The notes under the pieces: model-generated
The model's input: the letters and a program-made list of their open reading frames with translations, nothing else
Told to the model about the DNA's origin: nothing
The model's database searches: none
Shown here: positions 17,888 to 26,184 of the stretch, piece by piece
Layout of the letters: each line of letters begins with the position of its first letter
How positions within the stretch are numbered: position 1 is the stretch's first letter
Translations under genes and position numbers: made by a program
Sequence record: OR253907.1
DNA length: 32,000 bases
Origin: Microbacterium phage Guetzie
Strand: one strand, 5' to 3'

Positions 17888-19107
17888 TTCTTCTTTCCCT
17901 TCTTCTCCTGGTTCGGATAGTAGTCCAGCGGGTCACGCGTCTTGACGTAGCGCGTGCGCTGCTCGATCTCGCTGGTGCCGTGCATCAGGTCCGCCACGGT
18001 GAGGTCCTTATAGTTGCACATATAGCCCGAGCAGGCGTGCAGGTTACGCTCGACGCAGTCGGGGTCGTCCCACCTGTAGTTCAGCAGGCGCTTCGCGCTG
18101 GTGCGGAACGACTTCCACTGGCGGGCTGCCTGGTCCTCGCTGAACACCAGCCGGTCGCGGCGGAAGGTGTCGGTGTAGTCCCGGTGCTCCAGCTCCACCA
18201 GGAACTCCTCCACGTAGGCCCGCTCCTTGGGGTCCTCGATGGCCAGCAGGAACTTCCCCTTGATCTCTGTCGCGAGGTTGTTCTGCAGCAGCCACTCGCG
18301 ATAGACCGGGAGCGTGGTTCCGCTGGGCTTGAGCGTCCTGCTCTGCAGCCCCTTGGTCGTCAGGCTGGGGGTCTTGATAGCGTTCGTGCGGCAGTAGTCG
18401 TAGATGAAGCCCTTGGGCTGCGGGATGCCGAGGGCGAGGTACTCGGGCGCTTCTTCGCAGGCCCAGAGGTAGGAATAGTGCTGGAAGGCAAGCTCCCGAT
18501 AGCGCCAGTCGGGCAGTGTGGCGTGAGTCTTGTGGTCCCCGAGCCAGATGTCGCCTGCCTCGTCCTGCCACACGATATCGATGCGCCCCCGGTAGAGCAC
18601 CTTCCCCCCGAACAGGGGTCGCTCCACGGTCAGCTCGACGGCGATGGGGTTGAGCTTCTCTTTCCGGTAGATCCACTCGTAGCTGAGCATGATGTTATAG
18701 CACTCTTCGGCAAGGCCAGCCGTCTCCTCCTCGAAGGTGGTCTCCTCGGCCTTGCGGGTGAGCTCCTCGTGCAGCTTGCGCCAGTCGCCGCCCTTGCCCC
18801 GCTCCTCCAGCAGCGCGTGGACCCAGGTGCCACGGGTGAGCGGCTTCTTCTCGATGCGCGTGCGGAGGCCCAGGACGTATCCGTAGTACGTCTCACGGGG
18901 GCACTCAACGAACTTGCTCACCATGGACTGCGTGATAACCAGCTTGCCGTCATCAGTGACCGGCCATGCGCCACGGTAGCGCTCCGAGGGCTTCTGCCCA
19001 GTGCTCGGAAGCTGCTTCGCCTTAGAATTCCGCAAGGGGTTCACCGCCCCAGCAGCGCGAGATCGTGACGTCCGCCTTGAGGAAGAACTTTCTTGTGAGA
19101 CCATCAT
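17884..19107 (-). CDS. PD-(D/E)XK nuclease, RecB/Cas4-like exonuclease
   Basis: SMVSKFVECPRETYYGYVLGL...TRGTWVHALLEE...YRGRIDIVWQDEAGDIWLGDHKTH: GxxxH, RxDxV and D-x-K motifs. Start uncertain. Confidence 0.85.
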   Translation of the reverse strand: MMVSQESSSSRRTSRSRAAGAVNPLRNSKAKQLPSTGQKPSERYRGAWPVTDDGKLVITQSMVSKFVECPRETYYGYVLGLRTRIEKKPLTRGTWVHALLEERGKGGDWRKLHEELTRKAEETTFEEETAGLAEECYNIMLSYEWIYRKEKLNPIAVELTVERPLFGGKVLYRGRIDIVWQDEAGDIWLGDHKTHATLPDWRYRELAFQHYSYLWACEEAPEYLALGIPQPKGFIYDYCRTNAIKTPSLTTKGLQSRTLKPSGTTLPVYREWLLQNNLATEIKGKFLLAIEDPKERAYVEEFLVELEHRDYTDTFRRDRLVFSEDQAARQWKSFRTSAKRLLNYRWDDPDCVERNLHACSGYMCNYKDLTVADLMHGTSEIEQRTRYVKTRDPLDYYPNQEKKGKKK

Positions 19108-20872
19108 CAGCCCTTTCCATTGTCTCTTTTACGATTCGACCGACCTTGCGTGCCGTCTTGTATGGGGCAGTCAGGCAGACGCTGTCGTGAACCGTGGTTA
19201 TTAGCTTAGCCCCCAGTGCAGGCAGGCGCAAGTCCCTAGCCAGCCTGCCAAGACTGATCAACATGAAGTCGCTGCCGGTGCTCTGCACGGGCGAGTTGAT
19301 CGCCTGCCGGAATGCGTTCTCCTGAACCCAGTAGTCTTCGGCGTAGACCCGAGGCAGGTGCCTGAAGCGCCCGAACTCGTTGTGGACACCCCCGAACTCA
19401 ATGGCCTCCTGGCGCTGCGCACGATACCAAGGCTGAAGCCCTGCGAACGTGGCGAAGAACTCCTCGCGGAAGGCCTCAGCCTCCTTGGGGGTAATCTTGA
19501 CACCGTAGTTCTCGAACAGGTAATTCGCGAAGTGCTTGGAGTGCATCCCGTACAGGAACCCGAAGTTGACACCCTTCGCGAGTGAGCGGTGCTCCTTGGT
19601 GATGTCGTCGCTGCGGACAAGGCGCTTCGCCATGTAGGTATGGATGTCCTCGCCCGTTTCGAACAGCCGAAGCATCTCGCGGTCACCTGACATCACAGCA
19701 GCCACACGAAGTTCAAGCTGGGAGAAGTCGCACTCGATCCACGCCTGCCCGCGTTCGCCGAAGAGGTTTCGTGTGGCCCTGTCGCGCGGGATCTGCTGCG
19801 AGTTGAGGCCCGTCTTGTCACCGGGGTCGCTGCTGCTCAGCCTGCCCGTGACAGTGCCGGTGAGCTTGAAGCTGGTGCCGATCCGGCCGTCCGTGGTCCG
19901 GGTCTCAATGGGCACGAGGAAGCCGGTGAGCTGCTTATAGAGAGTGCTGCGCTCGCTGAGCAGCCGTGCAGCCGGGTGATCTATCTTGGCCAGGTCTTCC
20001 TGAGAGAGGCCAGGGTTGCCGTCGGGCCAGGTCTTGGTCGGCTTGCCACGACGCGGGCAGAGAGCCCCCTGGTGTACGTAGAGCCACCACTTAGTCCAGT
20101 TCGTGGCTCCCCACTTGGGCTTCGTCTTCTGCAGCCAGTCGGGCCACTGCTCCTTCGGCGGGATGCTGGCATCCAGCTTCTGCTCAATCTCGTGGATGCG
20201 CTGCTCCACCTGCTCCTTCGTCTTGCTGACAAGCCCCAGCCGGACGGGCAGCTTATTGTCTTCCATCTGCCGGAGTGCAGGGCTGGCAGGCAGCATGACC
20301 TCGCGCATGACCCGAACGGGGTCTTCGTGTGGCTTGAGGTTCTTCCTGATGTGGCGACGCTGCCACTTCATCAGCTCACGGGTGATGTGGACGTCCTTGC
20401 CCGCGTAGATGCTGACGCGCTTCTTGGCTGCTGCTGGCAGCCTGCGCTCAGCCCACGTCTGCCCGAACTCGTCACCGAAGCTGGCGACGTCGTCTTCCGA
20501 CCAGTCCTCATAGCCCAGCAGGCGCATCCCCAAGGGCTTCAGGCCGACAGGGTGGTTCTCGTCCAGCAGGTGCGCCATGAACATCGTGTCCCAGGTGATG
20601 CGCACCTTGGCACCGTGGGCCTCAAGCCAGCGGCAGTCGAAGGGGGAGTTGTGGGCTACCCCCGAACGGATGCGGAGCCTGGCGAGCTCCTGGGCCGACT
20701 GGGGCCACCAGACCATGACATCATCTCGGTCATAGGGCGCGAAGGCCACACAGAGAACCTGGCCCTGAGCCACGTGGAGAGACGTGGTCTCGATGTCGAA
20801 GATGAGGGGAGCGGTTGACTGGGCGAGGTACGCCTTGACCTCGGGCCAGGAATCGCTGACGAGTAGTTGCAT
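19022..20872 (-). CDS. polA: Family A DNA polymerase with 3'-5' exonuclease domain
   Basis: LIFDIETTSLH exonuclease motif; DFSQLELR motif A; RSLAKGVNFGFLYG motif B; TTVHDSV motif C. Start ATG 20872 preceded by TAGGAG. Confidence 0.95.
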   Translation of the reverse strand: MQLLVSDSWPEVKAYLAQSTAPLIFDIETTSLHVAQGQVLCVAFAPYDRDDVMVWWPQSAQELARLRIRSGVAHNSPFDCRWLEAHGAKVRITWDTMFMAHLLDENHPVGLKPLGMRLLGYEDWSEDDVASFGDEFGQTWAERRLPAAAKKRVSIYAGKDVHITRELMKWQRRHIRKNLKPHEDPVRVMREVMLPASPALRQMEDNKLPVRLGLVSKTKEQVEQRIHEIEQKLDASIPPKEQWPDWLQKTKPKWGATNWTKWWLYVHQGALCPRRGKPTKTWPDGNPGLSQEDLAKIDHPAARLLSERSTLYKQLTGFLVPIETRTTDGRIGTSFKLTGTVTGRLSSSDPGDKTGLNSQQIPRDRATRNLFGERGQAWIECDFSQLELRVAAVMSGDREMLRLFETGEDIHTYMAKRLVRSDDITKEHRSLAKGVNFGFLYGMHSKHFANYLFENYGVKITPKEAEAFREEFFATFAGLQPWYRAQRQEAIEFGGVHNEFGRFRHLPRVYAEDYWVQENAFRQAINSPVQSTGSDFMLISLGRLARDLRLPALGAKLITTVHDSVCLTAPYKTARKVGRIVKETMERADDGLTRKFFLKADVTISRCWGGEPLAEF

Positions 20873-20912
20873 AGGTGGAACTCCTACTGGTGATGGGGCT
20901 GTGAAGTTGTGA

Positions 20913-20994
20913 TGGTGGACCACCCAGGACTCGAACCTGGACCGAGGGTGCGCGATGCTTTTCCCCTCGCCGCTGCCCGTTGGGGTAGTGGCCC
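20913..20994 (-). tRNA. tRNA-like element, possibly degenerate; anticodon not assignable
   Basis: Minus strand: GGGCCAC (7-nt acceptor) ... CCAGG-TTCGAGT-CCTGG T-arm, GTGGTCC, A, CCA. Acceptor pairs 7/7 (one G-U). Anticodon stem GAGGG/CCCTC encloses 15 nt instead of 7; D-stem has one C-C mismatch. Confidence 0.45.
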
Positions 20995-21000
20995 GATGGC

Positions 21001-21037
21001 TAACCCCCGACACCGAGTGAACAGGTGCCGGGGGTTA
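21001..21037 (-). terminator. Intrinsic terminator-like hairpin downstream of the 21041..21472 gene
   Basis: TAACCCCCG/CGGGGGTTA 9-bp stem, A-C mismatch, then CACC/GGTG with 9-nt loop. Confidence 0.7.
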
Positions 21038-21040
21038 GTG

Positions 21041-21472
21041 TCAGCGCGTGGGACGCTTGCGTGCGGTCTTGGCCGGGGCTGCCTTGGCCGGTGCCTTCTT
21101 GGCTGCGGTCTTGGCCGGTGCCTTGGCCGGTGCCTTGGCAGCAGCGGTCTTCTTGGCCGGTGCCTTCGCCGGGGCGGGCTTCTCGGCCTTCTCGGCACGG
21201 GCAGCGCGCTCCAGGGTCCAGCCCGTGGGGAGCTCGTCGACGCCATCGATGGTCTGCGCGACCAGGTCGTCCAGGGTGCCGTCGTTGATCGCGTTGACGA
21301 AGGCGAAGTAGGCCAGCGCTCGCAGACCCTTGAGGCGGCTGCGCTTGACCGAGACGCCGAAGGTCTCGACGACCTGCTGGATGGCCTCCTCGATGGTGGC
21401 CTTGTGCGATGCCTCGGCCTCGGTGCCCTCGAGCTCCTCGTCCAGGACTGCTGCGGTGTTCTTGCTGGCCAT
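21041..21472 (-). CDS. Small protein with histone H1-like Lys/Ala/Pro C-terminal tail
   Basis: MASKNTAAVLDEELEG...AEKPAPAKAPAKKTAAAKAPAKAPAKTAAKKAPAKAAPAKTARKRPTR; start 21472 preceded by AAGGAGAACATC. Confidence 0.75.
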   Translation of the reverse strand: MASKNTAAVLDEELEGTEAEASHKATIEEAIQQVVETFGVSVKRSRLKGLRALAYFAFVNAINDGTLDDLVAQTIDGVDELPTGWTLERAARAEKAEKPAPAKAPAKKTAAAKAPAKAPAKTAAKKAPAKAAPAKTARKRPTR

Positions 21473-21536
21473 GATGTTCTCCTTGGTAGTTGGCCGGATG
21501 GGGGTCTTGCCGGGGCTTGCTTGCCCTGTAACCTCT

Positions 21537-21565
21537 ACAGTAGCATCACCCAGGAGACACTCCAA
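21537..21565 (-). promoter_or_regulatory. Promoter candidate (TTGGAG-N17-TACTGT)
   Basis: -35 CTCCAA on plus at 21560-21565, -10 ACAGTA on plus at 21537-21542; -35 overlaps helicase 3' end. Confidence 0.55.
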
Positions 21566-22934
21566 GACCACCACTAGAAATTCTTTTGACGACTTTCTTC
21601 AGGTGGTCGTGGTCCTCCTGCAGCGTGGCCCAGACGTCCTCGTCAACGCTGCCCTTGCCTGCCAGGAACCAGACGGTCGGGCTGGCAGGCGACAGCTTGA
21701 TGCGGTCGCTGGCTTGCTTGAACGTGACGTAGGAGAAGTCGCTGGTGTACCAGATCAGGTCGTTGGCTACCGAGATGTCCACGGCCATCGCCACGGTCCG
21801 GGGCTGCACCAGCAGCACGCGGGCATCGCGGTCGCGCTGGAAGTCCTCGATGACGTGGTTCTTGTTCTTGGTCTTGCCCGTGATGATCAGGTGCCCGATG
21901 CCCTTCCGCGTGAGCCAACGTTCCACCAGCCTGATCTCCCGGAGGTGAGTGCAGGCGATGATGATCTTGCCGTCGCAGCGCCTCACGATGTGGCCAAGCG
22001 CCCCCAGCCGAGCGCGTGCAGCTTCGGGGACTGCGAACTGCTGGCCCTCGTCGTCGGTCACCCAGCCAGCCACCAGCGTCCGCATCCGAAGCAGCCTCGT
22101 GAGAGGGTTCAGGGCTGCCACGTCGTGCCCCAGCATGCCCTCCACGACACCCTTCTTGAACAGAACCTTGTGCCACTGCATCACCTGGCGGGGCACGGGG
22201 TAGCGCACCTTTCGGATCGGGACAGGCTTGGAGTCCTCTCGGGTCATGGTGATCACGTGGGGCTGGATGTAGGCGTTCAGCTCGTACTGGTTACGCGGGC
22301 GAACCAGCTCGGGGAAGCCCTTCTTGGTTGTCCACTCGCCGAAGTGCTCCCGGAAGTCCCTGGCGCTTGCCCAGTGATCCCGGATGTCCGGGTCCAGGAA
22401 CGTCCACTGGCCGTAGACTGCGTCGACCTGGCTGGGGTTCGTGACCGGGGTGCCAGTCATGAGAAGCCGGTAGTGCCAGAAGGCAGCCAGCGGCCGGATG
22501 TTCTTCCCCATGACGGTGTTCGGCTTCTTGATGGTGTGGCTCTCGTCCAGCAGCATCGCGCCTTGCCCGCCGGACAGGTCCGACATCTTCTTCAGGAACG
22601 GCCGGAGCCGCTTGAACGGTCCCTTGGTGAACTGCTCGTAGTTGACGAACATGATGTTGATCGCCTTGAGCTGGTGCTGCTCGGGGTAGTCGTTGCCAGC
22701 CGTCAGGGGGAAGAACCTGTAGTCCTTGCGCATCCACTTCGCGGCCTCGGTGCGCCAGGTGGCCTCGGCTACCTTGGGGCCGACCACGATGGCCACACGA
22801 GGGGCGACGTGCTCTATCCACCGGAGGGCTACTGCGGTCTTCCCGCTGCGGGGTTCGGCCCAGAGGGCAGCGAAGTGACGGCCAGGTTCAGTCAGCCGTT
22901 CCAACGCTACCCTCTGGGAATCACGGAGCTGCAT
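21546..22934 (-). CDS. SNF2/DEAD-like superfamily 2 helicase
   Basis: LWAEPRSGKTAVALRWIEH Walker A; AMLLDESHTIKKP DExH box; YRLLMTGTPVTNP motif III; QPRTVAMAVDIS. Confidence 0.9.
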   Translation of the reverse strand: MQLRDSQRVALERLTEPGRHFAALWAEPRSGKTAVALRWIEHVAPRVAIVVGPKVAEATWRTEAAKWMRKDYRFFPLTAGNDYPEQHQLKAINIMFVNYEQFTKGPFKRLRPFLKKMSDLSGGQGAMLLDESHTIKKPNTVMGKNIRPLAAFWHYRLLMTGTPVTNPSQVDAVYGQWTFLDPDIRDHWASARDFREHFGEWTTKKGFPELVRPRNQYELNAYIQPHVITMTREDSKPVPIRKVRYPVPRQVMQWHKVLFKKGVVEGMLGHDVAALNPLTRLLRMRTLVAGWVTDDEGQQFAVPEAARARLGALGHIVRRCDGKIIIACTHLREIRLVERWLTRKGIGHLIITGKTKNKNHVIEDFQRDRDARVLLVQPRTVAMAVDISVANDLIWYTSDFSYVTFKQASDRIKLSPASPTVWFLAGKGSVDEDVWATLQEDHDHLKKVVKRISSGGLGVSPG

Positions 22935-23074
22935 CACACTCGCCCCGTTGCATGCCAGATGAAGACCGTGCGGATGTCCACCTGGTAGATGTGGGCCAGG
23001 GCTTCCATGTAGCGCCTGTTCGCCTGGATGGCGATTCGCTCCAGGACAAGGCGGAACTCCTTCTCCAGGTCCAT
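22934..23074 (-). CDS. 46-aa hypothetical protein, not in the supplied ORF track
   Basis: Translated: MDLEKEFRLVLERIAIQANRRYMEALAHIYQVDIRTVFIWHATGRV*. ATG overlaps upstream stop (TAATG) and TGA overlaps helicase ATG (TGATG). Confidence 0.7.
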   Translation of the reverse strand: MDLEKEFRLVLERIAIQANRRYMEALAHIYQVDIRTVFIWHATGRV

Positions 23075-23298
23075 TACAGGGTCACCTCCCACCAGCGCCA
23101 GGTGAACCGGATGATGTCCTGCTGGCGGTCGTCCTCCCTGGTCAGTGTGGCCTCCTCGGGCACGCCTGCACGGCTGGCCCTTGCCTGGATGTCCTGCTCC
23201 AGCTCGCCGCGAGACTCCACGAGCAGCAGCTTGGTCACCTCGTAGGCGTAGGACTTGACTTCAATCTGGGGGCGCTGCCCAGTGATGATCTTGGCCAT
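23074..23298 (-). CDS. Hypothetical small protein
   Basis: MAKIITGQRPQIEVKSYAYEVTKLLLVE...; internal ATG 23298 with GGAGG upstream is a better start than the track start 23379. Confidence 0.6.
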   Translation of the reverse strand: MAKIITGQRPQIEVKSYAYEVTKLLLVESRGELEQDIQARASRAGVPEEATLTREDDRQQDIIRFTWRWWEVTL

Positions 23299-23299
23299 G

Positions 23300-24106
23300 T
23301 CATGCCTCCAGGTGAGCCATGTCGTTCGCGATGATGCCTGCCAGGTTCGGGCGGAAGTAGTTCGGCCCCTTCTTGACACGGCCTTCGAAGATGCCGTCCG
23401 GGTCGTTCGGGCCAGCGATGATCGCCTTGCCGTCCTCGCCGAACTTGCTCATGTTGCTGCGGTGGACCTCGTCGAAGAGCACGCGGGCATCCAGGCCGGT
23501 CTCAACCATCAGGCCGAACACCACGTAGAGCAGGTCGACGCAAGCATCGGCCGTCTCCACCAGGTCGCCGACCGCCAGCGCGTCCTGAAGCTCCTGGAAC
23601 TCTTCTTCGATGAGCTGTACCCGAAGGGGCACGCGCTCTTCGGGCAGCGGGGTCGCTACGGACAGCACGGGGAGATCCATGGCGCGCTGGAACTCCACGA
23701 CGGCAGCCTGCATCGGGTTGATGCGAGTGGCGTCCTGCACGGCCGACAGCGCGTGCCCCTTGGCATACGTGCTGATGACCTCCCACTGCTCGCCCGTGAA
23801 CACCTGCCCACCGAGCTCCACGGTGTAGTCCCGGCTGCGGGCCAGCACGTAGTCGCCGTCGCCGGTGCTGCCGACCGGCTGGTACTGGGCCTCGAACTGT
23901 TCTGCAGGGTACGGGGTGAAGGTGCCGTCGGGCAGCTTGGCGATGTAGTCGCCGGGGACTGCGGTGTGCTTGCCCAGCACGATCCACCAGCCGTCGCTGG
24001 ACGACTGCACCTTGTTCCCCTGGCACCACTTGGCGATGTCGTCCACGCGGGCCACATCGAAGCGCTGCGCTTCCACGGTGCTGGTCTTGAGCTGGTATTC
24101 GGTCAC
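23300..24106 (-). CDS. MazG-fold NTP pyrophosphohydrolase-like protein
   Basis: LIEEEFQELQDALAVGDLVETADACVDLLYVVFGLMVETGLDARVLFDEVHRSNMSKF: ExxE...ExxD MazG/PRA-PH pattern. GTG 24106 follows AAGGAGAACACC; alternative start 24130. Confidence 0.8.
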   Translation of the reverse strand: MTEYQLKTSTVEAQRFDVARVDDIAKWCQGNKVQSSSDGWWIVLGKHTAVPGDYIAKLPDGTFTPYPAEQFEAQYQPVGSTGDGDYVLARSRDYTVELGGQVFTGEQWEVISTYAKGHALSAVQDATRINPMQAAVVEFQRAMDLPVLSVATPLPEERVPLRVQLIEEEFQELQDALAVGDLVETADACVDLLYVVFGLMVETGLDARVLFDEVHRSNMSKFGEDGKAIIAGPNDPDGIFEGRVKKGPNYFRPNLAGIIANDMAHLEA

Positions 24107-24126
24107 GGTGTTCTCCTTGGTTGTGT

Positions 24127-24933
24127 TCACTGGGGGTTCCCCTTGCGCTCGCGGCGGACGAACCGCTGCTCCTTCTCGAACGCATCTGTCATGCGGTCTA
24201 CCTCGTCCCAGTCGACAAGGCGGGGGTCGTTCTTGTCCTCGCTGCTGAACGGGCTGATGACGATCTGGACGGCTGCTGCGAAGCCGTGGGCTTCGTCCTT
24301 CAGCGAGGCCTTCACCTTGGGGTCATCTTCCTGATCCGCCAGCAGGGCGAGGTCGTTGTATGCGTTGTACAGCTTGCGGGTGATCTGGGCACCGACCACG
24401 TCACCGGCCTTGAGCACCGAGTTGAAGCGCACGCGCCGGTCCCGAACATGCCCGAAGGCGCTGGTCACCAGGAAGCGGGCGATGCTCTCGCTGTCCTCGT
24501 GCCCTGCATCCAGTGCCGACTCGATGGCTTCGGTGATCACATCGATGGTGGTTACGCGGCCTTCGCGCATCTTCTCCCGGTCGTCAATCACCGCGAAGAT
24601 AATGCCCTGCCCGCCGAAGACCTGCTCGTACTGGTGGCAGTCGCAAGAGCACTTCGTGTCCTTGCACTTGAGATGGGAATCCTCGTTGCTGGGGTGCGCA
24701 CAGAATCCCGACTTGGTCATGGGCTTCCGCCCGCCCTTGGTTGCCATCTTGTCCTCCTTGAACTTCTGGATAATGAGGCCCTCGTCCCAGTAGCGGTCAA
24801 GCTCCTGGAGTGCCTCGGCTCGTGTGGCCTTGGACAGCGCCTTGTCCTGCGACCTGGTGTGCAGCACCCCCACCTTGAACAGATGGTCCAGATGGGGGTG
24901 CTGGCGCGGGTCAGAGGCGGTTCTGCTCTTCAT
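24127..24933 (-). CDS. Hypothetical protein with Cys/His cluster in the nucleotide-metabolism block
   Basis: Contains HLKCKDTKCSCDCHQYEQ; start 24933 or 24748 (MATKGG, preceded by AAGGAGGACAAG). Confidence 0.65.
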   Translation of the reverse strand: MKSRTASDPRQHPHLDHLFKVGVLHTRSQDKALSKATRAEALQELDRYWDEGLIIQKFKEDKMATKGGRKPMTKSGFCAHPSNEDSHLKCKDTKCSCDCHQYEQVFGGQGIIFAVIDDREKMREGRVTTIDVITEAIESALDAGHEDSESIARFLVTSAFGHVRDRRVRFNSVLKAGDVVGAQITRKLYNAYNDLALLADQEDDPKVKASLKDEAHGFAAAVQIVISPFSSEDKNDPRLVDWDEVDRMTDAFEKEQRFVRRERKGNPQ

Positions 24934-25498
24934 ATCGCAGCAGCTCCAGCAGCGACTCGTCGTCGTGAACCAGGCGCTCGGCCACGGTGCCCCACTCGAA
25001 GACCGGGCTGCTGAAGTCCACCAGGCGCTGAGAGAAGCCCCCGCCATTCTCCAGGTCGTTGGTCACCTCCAGCACCGTCACCGTCTTGAACAGGGCGAAG
25101 TCCTGCGCGTGGTTGTACTCCACCAGGAACTGAGTCCAGTAGGCATAACCACGGGTCACCGAGGCGAGCTTGCCCTTGTCGTACAGCTCGTCCTTGATGC
25201 CCGCTGCCCGGTCGCGCTTGTGCAGCTTGACCACCAGGTGAGTGTCGGGCATGGCGAACACGGTGCGCACGCGGGCATCGTTCCACTCGTGGTCGGGCAG
25301 GGCCAGCCGGTAGATCATGTGAGTCAGCCAGTCGATGCGGTCGTACGTGATGGGCAGCTCCGGGGCTGCCAGGTGGTCGGCCTGCATCAGCGCGTGGACG
25401 TCCTTGGTCGCGTTGTAGATGGCCTCGCCGCTGGCTGCCAGGTTGTTCGCTGATGTGCTCTTGCCCGTCTTGTCCGGGCCTTCGAATGCGATGAACAT
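24911..25498 (-). CDS. Deoxynucleoside monophosphate kinase (thymidylate-kinase-like)
   Basis: MFIAFEGPDKTGKSTSANNLAA P-loop; YDRIDWLTHMIYRL; VKLHKRDRAAG lid-like region. Confidence 0.8.
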   Translation of the reverse strand: MFIAFEGPDKTGKSTSANNLAASGEAIYNATKDVHALMQADHLAAPELPITYDRIDWLTHMIYRLALPDHEWNDARVRTVFAMPDTHLVVKLHKRDRAAGIKDELYDKGKLASVTRGYAYWTQFLVEYNHAQDFALFKTVTVLEVTNDLENGGGFSQRLVDFSSPVFEWGTVAERLVHDDESLLELLRYEEQNRL

Positions 25499-25520
25499 AG
25501 TGCTCTCCTTGTGTTGATGG

Positions 25521-25831
25521 TTACTGCTGGAACTCGTCGCCGAGGGTGCGGACAGCCAGGTGCAGCCCGTTCATGGACTGCTGGTAGGCCACCTGGATGA
25601 TCTGCAGCTCCGCGAGGTACTTGGCCACCAGGTCACCGAGCTGGATAGCCTTGCAGGGCCACTCGCCGCATCCGCGGGAACATGAGTGGATGTGGTCTGG
25701 GCAGCCCTCGTCGCAGGGGCTGACGATGCCGTGGTTGTGACCGGGGTTGACGCACATGGAAATGACCTCGTGCGTGACAGCCAGGGCTAGGAGCCGCTGG
25801 GCCTCTTCGATGAGTTCTTCTTCAGCCATGA
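25521..25831 (-). CDS. Small Cys/His-rich protein
   Basis: MAEEELIEEAQ... with CVNPGHNHGIVSPCDEGCPDHIHSCSRGCGEWPC; start ATG 25831. Confidence 0.65.
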
Positions 25832-25860
25832 TGTTCTCTCTGTGAGTGGGGGTGCCTGTC

Positions 25861-25890
25861 AGCCTAGCAGCAGGCACCCCCTGTCCGCTA
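25861..25890 (-). promoter_or_regulatory. Promoter candidate (TAGCGG-N18-TAGGCT)
   Basis: -10 at 25861-25866, -35 at 25885-25890, overlapping the stop codon of the upstream gene. Confidence 0.4.
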
Positions 25891-26184
25891 CTTGCGGTGG
25901 AAGAAGCCCCAGCCCCAGCGAGCGCCAGCCTGGAACGCCTTGGTCATCTCCTCGCCGAACACGATCTCGTCCTTGAACATATCGGTCGCGACGACCTTGG
26001 CTTCAGCGGAGTAGGTCTCCAGCGTGGGGGCCGACTTCTTGCCGGTGACCCCAGGGCGGAACCACTTGCGGATCCCGCGTGCCATGCCGACCAGCGTGGC
26101 GAACACGAGGATGGCAGCACCGAACACGGCCAGCGCCAGGAAGACCCAGCCCAGCACGGCGAAGAGGATGTCCCAGGGGTTCAC
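25888..26184 (-). CDS. Membrane protein
   Basis: GTG 26184 overlaps the upstream TGA; N-terminal TM WDILFAVLGWVFLALAVFGAAILVFATLVG. The 291-aa track ORF extends antisense-frame through the ThyA-family gene and is rejected upstream of 26184. Confidence 0.7.
   Translation of the reverse strand: MNPWDILFAVLGWVFLALAVFGAAILVFATLVGMARGIRKWFRPGVTGKKSAPTLETYSAEAKVVATDMFKDEIVFGEEMTKAFQAGARWGWGFFHRK

Noticed and set aside
17751-17936. N-terminal 62-residue extension of the Sak4-like ATPase ORF
   Set aside because: Low-complexity Arg/Ser-rich sequence in the wrong frame over the coupled 46-aa ORF; ATG 17750 starts directly before the conserved P-loop region.
19976-20818. 280-aa plus-strand ORF
   Set aside because: Lies antisense within the polymerase gene, which has all family A motifs.
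20873-21013. 47-residue N-terminal extension of the DNA polymerase ORF
   Set aside because: It would translate the tRNA-like element and terminator region; ATG 20872 has a good TAGGAG ribosome-binding site.
21330-22988. 552-aa plus-strand ORF
   Set aside because: Antisense to the SNF2-like helicase with intact motifs; longest frame is not the coding one here.
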